NCBI GenBank assembly: GCA_964534625.1
Contig: CAZHRF010000002.1
Span: forward strand, 1-53,195
Direction: 5' to 3'
Length of the DNA stretch: 53,195 nt
DNA from: an uncultured archaeon
GTDB lineage: Archaea; Asgardarchaeota; Heimdallarchaeia; Heimdallarchaeales; Heimdallarchaeaceae
Under the pieces are notes generated by a model that had not been told where the DNA came from, did no database searches, and saw only the letters and a program-made list of their open reading frames with translations. Of the stretch, positions 9,066 through 18,348 are shown piece after piece (positions within the stretch are counted from its first letter, which is position 1; each line of letters starts with the position of its first letter). The position numbers were made by a program, and so were the translations under genes.

Positions 9066-10157
9066 GTGAAAAACCTAAATTATAATTTAAGAATTAATAA
9101 AGTGAAAGAAGATTTGGAAGAAAAAAAGATAGATCTGTTATTAGTAACTCCATCGGTAAATTTTGGTTATCTATTTAAAAAAAATCTATCAATGAGGGAA
9201 AGATTGATTTGTGGCATGGTGGCTATTGATGAAGAACCTAAACTTGTAGCTCCCTCTTTTGAAGAAGAAAGAATGAGAAAATCAACAAATATTAAACAAA
9301 TAATTGCATGGAAAGAAAACGAAGATCCTTACAAAAAAGTACATGAAAACGCAGAAAAAGCAGTCAACAGGATAGCCCTAGAACCTTCTACACCATTTGA
9401 AGTATATCTAAGATTACAAAAAAAATTTCCAGATGCAGAATTTGTTAGTGGAACAGAAATAGTTAACAAGATGAGGGCTAGGAAGTCAGAAGCTGAAGTA
9501 CAAAGAATAAAAAAAGCTATGGAATATACAGTAGAAGCAATGAAAGATACTGTTGCACAGTTCAAAGTTGGTATGACGGAAAAAGAAATACAGAAAATAC
9601 TCTTAAAAAAAATGACTGATTTATCGGGAGAAATAAGTTGGGCATTAGTACAATTTGCAGAAAATAGCGCAATACCCCATGCTTCATCTTCTGATAAGAG
9701 GTTAAAAAGAGATGATGTGGTATTAATAGATGCTGGAACAAGTGTAGATGACTACTTCTCAGATATAACAATAACAACCGTATTTGGTAAACCAAATAAA
9801 AAATTTATGGAAATCTATAATATTGTCCAAAAAGCCAATGAGAAAGCTTTAGAGACCTCAAAAACGGGTGTCATAGCAGAAAAAGTAGATCACGCAGCAA
9901 GAGAAGTAATAGAGAACAAAGGATATGGAAAGTACTTTACCCATAGACTAGGGCATGGGTTGGGACTAGAAATACATGAATCACCCTATATCGTTCAAGG
10001 AAACAAAGAACAACTAGTAACAGGGAATGTGCATACTGATGAACCTGGGATATATATCCCCGGTCAATTTGGTATTAGAATAGAAGACGATATTTTAGTG
10101 GGGAAAAAATCTACTAGAATTTATGAGTTTGAGAGGAAAAGCTTTTGGGAAAAATGA
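9066..10157 (+). CDS. Xaa-Pro peptidase (M24B, prolidase/aminopeptidase P)
   Basis: SAIPH, IDAG...SDIT, HRLGHGLGLEIHE, EPGIY, GIRIED metal-binding motifs; creatinase-like N-domain. Confidence 0.95.
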   Translation: MKNLNYNLRINKVKEDLEEKKIDLLLVTPSVNFGYLFKKNLSMRERLICGMVAIDEEPKLVAPSFEEERMRKSTNIKQIIAWKENEDPYKKVHENAEKAVNRIALEPSTPFEVYLRLQKKFPDAEFVSGTEIVNKMRARKSEAEVQRIKKAMEYTVEAMKDTVAQFKVGMTEKEIQKILLKKMTDLSGEISWALVQFAENSAIPHASSSDKRLKRDDVVLIDAGTSVDDYFSDITITTVFGKPNKKFMEIYNIVQKANEKALETSKTGVIAEKVDHAAREVIENKGYGKYFTHRLGHGLGLEIHESPYIVQGNKEQLVTGNVHTDEPGIYIPGQFGIRIEDDILVGKKSTRIYEFERKSFWEK

Positions 10158-10921
10158 CAAACGATTATGTGCTGTTTGATAGGGTAGCACAGGTTTACGA
10201 TAAGACCAGACCAATTCCAAAGGCTATAAAGAAATTCTATAAAAAAGAACTTATGTCGTATCTGGAAAAAGAAGGAAGACCACCCTATGAAATAATAGCT
10301 CTAGGGGTGGGTACGGGAAGAATAGAAAAAGAACTGGTGTCAAAAGAAGTACAACTGTTTGGCATTGACCTCTCATTCGAAATGTTAAGAAATTATGAAA
10401 AAAAAGTAAATAATCAGTATTCATATATTATTCAAGCGGATGGGTATACTTTACCATTTAGAAAGAAATTTGACCTATGTACACTCATTCATGTTACACA
10501 TTTAATGAACAACTTTGAAAAGTTACTTTCAGAAATAAAAACTATTAGTAATTATCTTGTTCAGGGAGAAGCATATACTGATCTTTATAATAATCCAGTA
10601 AGGAAAGCATACGTCCGTAGATTAGAAGAACTGGGATGGGAAGAGAGAAAGGGAAGCGAAGAAGCATTTCAAGAATTTGTGAAAGATAAAGGCTATAAAA
10701 TAAAATTAAAGAAAAAAGAAGTTAAAACCGACATTTTGCTGTCTGAAGTATATCAAATAATAAAAAACAATTATTTATCAACTCATTGGACAGCTGATAA
10801 AAAGATGCATAACCAAGCAATTCACTATGTAGATGAAAACATTGCTTCGCAAGATATTGATGTAGAAAAAAAACTAAAAGTACCAGCAAGAATAGTCTTG
10901 AGATTTGTAGACTTGCAGTAA
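10154..10921 (+). CDS. class I SAM-dependent methyltransferase
   Basis: FDRVAQVYDKTR, LGVGTGR motif I, GIDLS..ML, QADG..LPF. ATGA overlap with the upstream stop supports start 10154. Confidence 0.85.
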   Translation: MTNDYVLFDRVAQVYDKTRPIPKAIKKFYKKELMSYLEKEGRPPYEIIALGVGTGRIEKELVSKEVQLFGIDLSFEMLRNYEKKVNNQYSYIIQADGYTLPFRKKFDLCTLIHVTHLMNNFEKLLSEIKTISNYLVQGEAYTDLYNNPVRKAYVRRLEELGWEERKGSEEAFQEFVKDKGYKIKLKKKEVKTDILLSEVYQIIKNNYLSTHWTADKKMHNQAIHYVDENIASQDIDVEKKLKVPARIVLRFVDLQ

Positions 10922-10946
10922 TTTTCTTCTAAATTTTGTTAAAATA

Positions 10947-11321
10947 TTAAGGCAGTTCTAAATCAATACTCTCTATAATCATAGATTTGAAATTTATCTG
11001 CGTATCTCTAGAACTACACTCGGGACACTTAAAATTATAAGTGAATTCGGGATCCCCTTCAGAAGCGGGAGCTCCTTTATAGTTACACTTTAAACAAACT
11101 ATCTCTTTTTCCTGTTCTAATAATTGAAGGATTGAACCTTCTAATAATTCAAATTCTGGTTCTTGAATGATAATCTCATAAGCGTCGCAAAGTAAATCGG
11201 GAACAATCATCTCATAAGGACTAGTAGAAACAGTAACCTTCTTCACTTTAAGTGCATTATGCTCTAAAGCAATTTTTTTTACTTGCTCAACAATTGCAAA
11301 TGCTACGCTATATTCGTGCAT
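10947..11321 (-). CDS. hypA: hydrogenase maturation nickel metallochaperone HypA
   Basis: N-terminal MHE, two CxxC (CLKC, CPEC). Confidence 0.93.
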   Translation of the reverse strand: MHEYSVAFAIVEQVKKIALEHNALKVKKVTVSTSPYEMIVPDLLCDAYEIIIQEPEFELLEGSILQLLEQEKEIVCLKCNYKGAPASEGDPEFTYNFKCPECSSRDTQINFKSMIIESIDLELP

Positions 11322-11322
11322 A

Positions 11323-11985
11323 TTAAACTTCTCGGGGAATGATAAGACCTAAGTGATGAAGGAGTTCGTCTATACCTTCCCCTGTCTTTGCACTAGTAGG
11401 AATAACTTTCATATCAGATTTAACTTTTTTAGCGTCATTAATCAGCTCGTCTATGTCAAACCCTATCCCTTTTAAATCACACTTGTTAATAATAGCAATA
11501 TCCGCTCCCTTGAAAATAATTGGGTGCTTCTTAACAACATAGGGACCTTCAGTAATGCTGATAACAACAATATTAAGTTCTGCACCAACATCCCAATTGG
11601 CAGGACAAATAAGATTACCTACATTCTCAGTAAAGAATAAATCATACTCATCAATATTGATTTTATCAAGCTCTTTTTTGACAAGTTTGGCATTCAAATG
11701 ACAACCACCATGAGTCTCAATCTGAGTGGTAGTAGCACCATGAGAAGCAATCCGATCAGCATCAATACTAGTGGCAACATCACCATTGATAACAAAAATG
11801 TTATAGTGAGGAGAAAGAATTTCAGATAGTTTTTCTAATAAGGAGGTTTTACCTGCACCAATAGAACCCATAATATTAAAATGATGAGCACTGTGAGTTT
11901 TCATCGTCTGTCGAATTTCATCAGCTAACTGATCATTAACAGCATAAGCATTCTTTTTGACTTGAACTTTTTTATCCTTTGTCAT
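11323..11985 (-). CDS. hypB: hydrogenase nickel incorporation GTPase HypB
   Basis: GSIGAGKT, GGCHL, ENVGNLICPA, NKCD; adjacent to hypA. Confidence 0.95.
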   Translation of the reverse strand: MTKDKKVQVKKNAYAVNDQLADEIRQTMKTHSAHHFNIMGSIGAGKTSLLEKLSEILSPHYNIFVINGDVATSIDADRIASHGATTTQIETHGGCHLNAKLVKKELDKINIDEYDLFFTENVGNLICPANWDVGAELNIVVISITEGPYVVKKHPIIFKGADIAIINKCDLKGIGFDIDELINDAKKVKSDMKVIPTSAKTGEGIDELLHHLGLIIPREV

Positions 11986-12043
11986 AATCTAAGGGGATAA
12001 AATGCAAGAATAATATAAACCATTCGATTGAACTATGGAAAAA

Positions 12044-12149
12044 CATGCACCTTAGAGTACATCTTACCTAATAAAAATATGGTCAGCTAAGTATAAGTAT
12101 GATTAGCAGCGTGAGAAAATGACAACAGAGATGGACATTGAAGTTCATG
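12044..12149 (+). mobile_element. ~100-bp dispersed double-palindrome element, copy 2
   Basis: Ends CATGCAC-CTTAGA-GTACATC and GATGGAC-ATTGAA-GTTCATG, flanked by A5/A7. Aligns with 45533-45628 and with the reverse complement of copies 1 and 3. Confidence 0.7.
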
Positions 12150-12251
12150 AAAAAAATATTACTATTGATTGTTAGTATTACCAATAAAAATTTAAGTATT
12201 AGGTGATTATATACAACTGAGAGAATCTTAGAGAAGAGAAGAGGAATAAAA

Positions 12252-14057
12252 ATGGAAATTATTAACAAAATTAAAAATAAGAAGGCTGTATCGCCAATAT
12301 TAGCTACAATGCTGTTAATAAGTCTAGTAGTGGTGGCCAGTAGTATGGTCTACTTCTTAGTTGTACCAATGCTAAGGGGAAATGAAGACTTAACAATAGT
12401 AAATGCCCAATGGTTTGATAGTGATGGTGATACAATAGTTGATGTAGTATATGTGAGAATACAAAATACAGGAACAGCTACATCAACCATAGAAGCAATA
12501 AATATAACTCTAACAAATAGCGAGTATAGTAATAAAATCATTGAAAATGCAATATTAACGGGTAATCTATCACAATTGCTTATAACAGTAGGAGAAACTA
12601 GGAATTTAGAAATAAATTTTGATGCAACTGAGGATATACGACTAGGTAAAAATGAATTTAACGTAAGGATAACATATGCAGAGGGGGATATATCTTCTTT
12701 TTTATCACCAAGTCTCAGGGGGATAAATGAAATATCAGAATTATCACTAAGTATTGTAAATCCAATCAATGGTTCTTGGTATAATGGTATATTAGACCCC
12801 CATGCTACTGCTAGCGGTGGATATAATAGATCCGCAATTACTTATGATTTTTATTTTCCAAATGGAACTTTAGATGAGAACAAAAGTGATCAACCTTTAT
12901 CTAGTACCATAGATACTATCGAATATGACAATATTGATGGGTATGTGATTGTTTTTAAAGTAAATGATAGTTTAGGTCAATTTAACTCTAAAAATAGAAC
13001 AATTGGAATTGATAATAGTGATCCAATTATTGAGAGTCTTCAATTAAATTCTTCAGAGTCCTTAACAATAAATCAAGGAGAAGCAGTAGAGATTGAATGG
13101 TCTATTTCTAATACGGGATCTGATATTTCGAATGTTACCGTTGTTTTAAGTGGAACAGATTATTTTGACCAATTATTTACAGCTTCTGATAATACAACAA
13201 CAACTTATATACTCTCTTCAACTTATACTTCAGCATTACTACATGGTGATTATACGGTAACATTGTATACTAGAGACGAAGCAGGAAATACCGCAGAAAG
13301 TGGAAGAACGTTAACTGTAACCGATATAATCCCTCCTGATGTGAGGATTGATGACCCAGTAAATGGTACAACCATAGACGGAAGTTATGAATTTACAGTT
13401 TATGCTGATGACATATCTGGTATTGATACAAGTCAATTTAGGTTAAGGTTTGTAGATGCTGAATCTCCATCGACTGTGTACTATACATTCAAACAGAGTG
13501 TAGAAGGCACAGCTAGTTATTCTACAACTAGTAATGAGTGGTCAGTAATCATAGATACCACGACACTTGAAAATGCATATATGAAATTAACAGCTGTTGT
13601 ATGGGATAATGCTGGTAATTCGAATACAACATCAGTCAATATTACAGTAGATAATAGTATTATTTCTGTTGGTAGTTTTTATCATGTTGATGGTGAAGGT
13701 GGAGGCATTTTTCTGACATTGTCAAATCAAGGAACAACAGAAATTAGTGTAACAAAAGTTAAGGTTGATTGGACTTCAACTGTGGATGGATACATTTGTG
13801 TAGCTTTTGAAAATGGAACAGATTATGCAGTAGATCCGGTAGCAAATCCTGGATATGGTAAAAATGTAGAAGTTTCTATTACTTATGATGCTGGAACGTT
13901 ACCAGTTGCTGCATCCGAATCAATATCATTGAGATATGAGTTTAAAAAACAGAAGGGTGCATCACCAAACTATGATTCAACAGTCACGAGTGGTATATAC
14001 ACCTTTTACTTCTACATAGATGGTGCTTGGACTAGTGGATACCCCTATTCTGTTTAA
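12252..14057 (+). CDS. archaeal type IV pilin/archaellin-type N-terminus fused to multiple Ig-like domains (surface adhesin-like)
   Basis: Class III signal peptide KKA/VSPILATMLLISLVVVA; repeated Big-like motifs (D.AGN, VDN..P, I..PxNG); Thr/Ser/Asn-rich with many NxS/T sequons. Confidence 0.85.
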   Translation: MEIINKIKNKKAVSPILATMLLISLVVVASSMVYFLVVPMLRGNEDLTIVNAQWFDSDGDTIVDVVYVRIQNTGTATSTIEAINITLTNSEYSNKIIENAILTGNLSQLLITVGETRNLEINFDATEDIRLGKNEFNVRITYAEGDISSFLSPSLRGINEISELSLSIVNPINGSWYNGILDPHATASGGYNRSAITYDFYFPNGTLDENKSDQPLSSTIDTIEYDNIDGYVIVFKVNDSLGQFNSKNRTIGIDNSDPIIESLQLNSSESLTINQGEAVEIEWSISNTGSDISNVTVVLSGTDYFDQLFTASDNTTTTYILSSTYTSALLHGDYTVTLYTRDEAGNTAESGRTLTVTDIIPPDVRIDDPVNGTTIDGSYEFTVYADDISGIDTSQFRLRFVDAESPSTVYYTFKQSVEGTASYSTTSNEWSVIIDTTTLENAYMKLTAVVWDNAGNSNTTSVNITVDNSIISVGSFYHVDGEGGGIFLTLSNQGTTEISVTKVKVDWTSTVDGYICVAFENGTDYAVDPVANPGYGKNVEVSITYDAGTLPVAASESISLRYEFKKQKGASPNYDSTVTSGIYTFYFYIDGAWTSGYPYSV

Positions 14058-14074
14058 TGCCTTTTTCTTATTTT

Positions 14075-14430
14075 TCCTCTTTTGCATCTTTTTTCCATTA
14101 ACTTCAGACATACTCACGTTTCGTTCTATCAACAGACGTTTTATTTTTCTCACATAATGACCATTTCGGTAATTTCGGTACCATTTGTCACGGTAGACAA
14201 TTGGTACAGTTTTAGATTGCGAGTAGGTACCCACTCACAGGGATACACAAAAACCCAAGAAGTTTAGGTAGAGTTTTAGTAGGATTCTATCGTCTATTGT
14301 CCGTGGTAAACCTACTCCGTGAAATACTTGGACAAGTGTGATTCTAACTTATGTCCCTATGGACGAAACCCGGAGGGCGGAAGGAATGACCAAGAGAAAA
14401 GAGAGATTCTCACGATTCTCACATAGTAGG
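14075..14430 (+). ncRNA. candidate structured non-coding RNA (family not recognised)
   Basis: GC-enriched intergenic stretch with several hairpins and long-range complementarities; most G-U pairs favour the + strand. Confidence 0.25.
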
Positions 14431-14530
14431 TGTTAAGCGGTTCTAAATATATTAGAAAAATTTGCGTTTCGGTTGCTATTCCCCCTATTTGGTATTTTGT
14501 ACTTGTTTCCTCGTTTTATTCTGTTTTTTT

Positions 14531-14629
14531 CATGAACCTTAAAGCTCATCTTTGTGGACTTTTCAATACTAGTTTTATTTGCCTTAGAAGTATTTTTGGT
14601 TGTTAGTGAGATAAACTCTAAGGTTCATA
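14531..14629 (-). mobile_element. ~100-bp dispersed double-palindrome element, copy 3
   Basis: Ends CATGAAC-CTTAAA-GCTCATC and GATAAAC-TCTAAG-GTTCATA, flanked by T7/T7. Colinear with copy 1. Confidence 0.8.
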
Positions 14630-15154
14630 TTTTTTTGTCTTTGTTGCTTACTGCATACATAACCATTCCATCGTTGGTAAACTTGGTTTTTTCTGGTGAC
14701 CCGTCCATCTTTGTTCATTCTTGCCCCGCGAAGGGAACAAATTGGTCGCTCTTCATTCTTCCTTCACTTTGTTTTGTCAATTTTACTAAATACTTTCATG
14801 TCGTGGTTATATCTTCCTCCCTTCTCTGTTTTTCGGTACTGATTTTTTTGCGGGAAGTTATCTTCAAGTACCAGGATGTCTCTGGGCCATAGAAAGAACA
14901 GATAATGTGCTTAGATACGTAGTCACCCGGGTAAAAAATCTTTCTTTAGAATAGGTGAATATGTCACGAGCAAGGCTTTATCTCTTTTTATGTGTTAAGT
15001 TTATTACTCGTATTGATCGATATTTGTGTAATGCAACACTTATTGTGGTTTCATAGTTGTGTGTATAGTTAATCCAACAAATGTTCATCTTTTGAAACTG
15101 TTAACTTGATTAAAATGCTCTCAAAGTTAATTAAACTGAATAATTTATCTTATC

Positions 15155-15439
15155 TTATAAAAATAGTTCTGGTTCTTTAATTTTTTTAACTCTTTTTTCT
15201 AGTTGTAATAGCTCTTCTGCTGTTTTTCCTTTATCCAGCTTGCATAAATTGCTTTTAGCATTTTCATATGTTTTTTGAATCAAATTGGATATTTCCTCTT
15301 TTAGATCTTCATTTTCTGTTTGTTTAGCAATATTATAAACGGTTTCTAAAAGTTCAGAACTTTTATCATATCTTTCCATTTCAACCATTTTGTTAGCAAC
15401 ATCAACAAAAAATTGAATATTCTGGGAAATCTTACTCAT
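15155..15439 (-). CDS. small helical hypothetical protein
   Basis: 94-aa ORF with ATG and upstream TATA-like TTTTATAG; helical, charged. Confidence 0.6.
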   Translation of the reverse strand: MSKISQNIQFFVDVANKMVEMERYDKSSELLETVYNIAKQTENEDLKEEISNLIQKTYENAKSNLCKLDKGKTAEELLQLEKRVKKIKEPELFL

Positions 15440-15674
15440 TCTGAGATAGTGTTAAAATAGGTCTATAAAAGCCTTCCTTACAAAGTATATTTAAACGGAT
15501 TAGGATGGGGACAGGGATGGAGGGAGACTGTCACACACTGTTTCATACTAATTCTGGATTGATTTACCCATCTATGAGTATGTTCATTGTTATAAAATAG
15601 AGTTATAGGTAAGATAAGGAAGGAGGGAGGAGTTTGTTTTGCAAAAACTTTTGTAATAACGTTTAGAAATATCT

Positions 15675-17045
15675 ATGATGACTAATTGTTCTGAAATAGA
15701 GAAAACTTTTCTTAATAAATTGTTATTAGTGATCCCAGAACCTCTGGCTGTCTATCGTTTTAAAAAGAAAATGGCTTTATTTGATAAATTTACTAGGGAT
15801 AAAACAGGATATCTGATTATCATTGACAGCCAAGACTATACTAGACAGAATTTATTATTGATTGATCTTATTTACGATAAAATCCAAGATCAATATGGGT
15901 GGCCTGAAGGCACGGCTTTTGCCCGTTCTTTTTCAAGAGCTTACATTAGAAATCCCACAAATCTCTGGCATGTTAATATGTTAAGAGTGGGATGTGTTAT
16001 GCCCGAAGATATGATAAATGTGTTAGAAACAAGGGTTTTGCTTTATGGAGCGGATATCATAGAAAAAACATCTTTCCCTCACGATAAAGACGAAATTCTC
16101 AAGATACACCCAGGGTTAGAGAGAGAAGAAGTAAAAAAGATAGCAGAAAAATATTCTCAATATACTCCTCTTATTGCACCAGAAACTTGCTGGAGTAGAC
16201 ATAATTTTACTGTAGAACATCTAATAGAATCACTAATTGAAGAGCGTTTAGTTAAACTAGCAGAAGGAAAAAAATCGAATCGTAAAATGACCCATGTTCA
16301 TATTTATGGGAGAGATGGTGGGTCAGGTAAAACACAACTAATGTACTCATTTATGAAAAGATGCAAAAAAAAGGGATTAGCGTTTGTTTATAGAACTGGT
16401 TTTTGGAAAGATGATGCTGGGAATTATAAATCGGGGTATATCAAAGAGAATGAACCTCAAATGGTCTCAAAATGGGTCAAGTGTAAAGTTCCTAAACACC
16501 GTTCTTTTGTGCTATTTGTTGATGAAGTAGACATAGATCTGGAGTTAGTCGAATATATGTTTGAAGAACAAACTGGTCACTATCTGATTATATCTGCAGC
16601 AAAAGAGATACCTGATTTTGTCAATGAATCTTTTGAAATTTATGATATAAGTAAAGAATATACCTTTGGAAAAAAAGCGTATGAAAAACTACTAAACACC
16701 TTAATTGAGAGGTCAAACATATCAGAAGAAGTATATCCCACTCAAAGTAAAGAGATTATAATTAATAAAACCCGTTTGTGGAATCATAATAGTTTCCGTA
16801 GAACACCTACTGCTATTGTGTTGGCTGCATCGCTGGCTTTAGCTGAGGCTATAAAACAAAAAGAAAAAGGCGCGGTTAAACATATTCAAGTTACACCTAC
16901 CTTAGCTGAAAAATGGGCAGTAATAGCTAAATCTCCTTGGTATCAAGAATATGCTGATGTTCACGATGTACATGCTGAGTATCTTATTTTCGATGGTAAA
17001 AAGTATATTAAAAAAGATCCTCATTATCATCACGTTTTGCCTTAA
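15675..17045 (+). CDS. P-loop (AAA+-like) NTPase with uncharacterised N-terminal domain
   Basis: HIYGRDGGSGKT Walker A, VLFVDEVD Walker B. Confidence 0.7.
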   Translation: MMTNCSEIEKTFLNKLLLVIPEPLAVYRFKKKMALFDKFTRDKTGYLIIIDSQDYTRQNLLLIDLIYDKIQDQYGWPEGTAFARSFSRAYIRNPTNLWHVNMLRVGCVMPEDMINVLETRVLLYGADIIEKTSFPHDKDEILKIHPGLEREEVKKIAEKYSQYTPLIAPETCWSRHNFTVEHLIESLIEERLVKLAEGKKSNRKMTHVHIYGRDGGSGKTQLMYSFMKRCKKKGLAFVYRTGFWKDDAGNYKSGYIKENEPQMVSKWVKCKVPKHRSFVLFVDEVDIDLELVEYMFEEQTGHYLIISAAKEIPDFVNESFEIYDISKEYTFGKKAYEKLLNTLIERSNISEEVYPTQSKEIIINKTRLWNHNSFRRTPTAIVLAASLALAEAIKQKEKGAVKHIQVTPTLAEKWAVIAKSPWYQEYADVHDVHAEYLIFDGKKYIKKDPHYHHVLP

Positions 17046-17099
17046 CAGTCAAAAATAAAGAATTTCCCCTCCTCTGTAAAAAACTAAAAAAACAGGGGG

Positions 17100-18095
17100 T
17101 TATTTGAGTTTATTTCCACATGCTCCACAGAATTTAGCTTTTGAATCAACTTCTGATCCACAATTTATACAGAATTTTTTGTGTTTTCCTTTTTTTTCAT
17201 CTTCTGTCGAGTCTCCACAACCTGGGCAGAACTTAGCACTTGGAGAAAACTTAGCCCCACACTGATTACAAGTAAGGAATGCTTCTTCAGTATGGTGTGT
17301 TTCTTTGATGTTTTCAGCTTGATTCAATTGTTTTTGGGTAAATAAATTGTTCATAACAGCTGCACCAACACCAAAGTTAGCTCCTCCACCTGAAGGGAGT
17401 TTTGATGCTACTTTAGCTGTTCCATCATACTGTTGGATTTGTTTTGCATCTACACCAGCACGCATCCAGAACAAACGGTCACGATATTCTGGAGTAGTGT
17501 CTATCCCTCCAAACTTTAGATTAGTTAGATTTATACCCATCTCAAGAAGATCTGTAGCCACAACATCTTCAACATGGTTAGAGGTAACTTGTAAATTAGA
17601 AAGTACATCTACTATGCTCTTCTCACTTAATACGCTAATTACTTCTTGAACTACAAAATTACGGAAGAATTCATTGAACGCCCCAGTACTATAGATATTG
17701 CGATTACCCGCAATCTCAAACGCAAATAGTTGGGGGTCTTTAATTTTATAGAAATAGTCACCAAAAAATTGTAAAGGAGCTAATTCTTTCGTCTGGGATC
17801 TACCGCCAAATTTACCTTGAAATTTACCCATGTTAACATATATAACTTGACAATCGAAGGGATTCTTATCATAACCCACCATGGCGGATAAAAATCTAGT
17901 CAATAAAGGAATATTTTTTGTTTTCATCAAATGACGACCTGGTTTGAGGACATCATATGCTTTTGAATCTTTGATAAATACTGCTACTTGATTAGGTAAC
18001 ACATTAACAGTATCACCCCAATTAATTGTTTGACGAGGGTGTCTATAGATTATTTCATCCCCACGTCCTGTTTTCCAATCTATTACTTCTGGCAT
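17100..18095 (-). CDS. SPFH/band-7 domain protein with C-terminal double zinc ribbon (YdjI-like)
   Basis: VLPNQVAVFIKD...PGRH...NIPLL...PFDCQVIYVN SPFH pattern; CNQC..CPGC and CINC..CGAC. Confidence 0.88.
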   Translation of the reverse strand: MPEVIDWKTGRGDEIIYRHPRQTINWGDTVNVLPNQVAVFIKDSKAYDVLKPGRHLMKTKNIPLLTRFLSAMVGYDKNPFDCQVIYVNMGKFQGKFGGRSQTKELAPLQFFGDYFYKIKDPQLFAFEIAGNRNIYSTGAFNEFFRNFVVQEVISVLSEKSIVDVLSNLQVTSNHVEDVVATDLLEMGINLTNLKFGGIDTTPEYRDRLFWMRAGVDAKQIQQYDGTAKVASKLPSGGGANFGVGAAVMNNLFTQKQLNQAENIKETHHTEEAFLTCNQCGAKFSPSAKFCPGCGDSTEDEKKGKHKKFCINCGSEVDSKAKFCGACGNKLK

Positions 18096-18348
18096 TTTTT
18101 TTAACCTCTGTTGTTTTAAGAAATTGCAAGTAATCTTTGTTTATACGGGTTTTTAAATCTATTTAATTAGATTGGTTTTTGATTTCGGGAAAGGCTAAAA
18201 AAGAGGGTTTTACAAGAAGGATCTCAATAAAATTGAGTTCATCAATCGTTAGGATCAAGTTCAAGATAAGAATCGGTTTCACGGATGAAGTCCATGAAAT
18301 AGTTAAAAAATTAGAAAAAAAGGAGCCCAATAAAAATGAGCGATTGTT

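Noticed and set aside
14345-14372. Hammerhead-like GTCC-CTAT-GGAC-GAAAC
   Set aside because: The required upstream CUGANGA core is absent (reads CTTAT).
14360-14390. CCCGGAGGG resembling SRP RNA helix 8
   Set aside because: The flanking CAGG/AGCA symmetric loop is missing, and no RNase P GAGGAAAGUCC core was seen either.
14554-14892. 112-aa ORF
   Set aside because: Starts inside the 100-bp repeat and has no recognisable features.
15495-15530. G-rich tract GGATTAGGATGGGGACAGGGATGGAGGG as a G-quadruplex
   Set aside because: Only three runs of G3 or longer, and nothing else supports a function.
18180-18345. Hairpins and TGATGA downstream of trxB as a possible SECIS or C/D-box RNA
   Set aside because: No in-frame TGA in trxB or its neighbours and no properly placed CTGA D box; only short hairpins.
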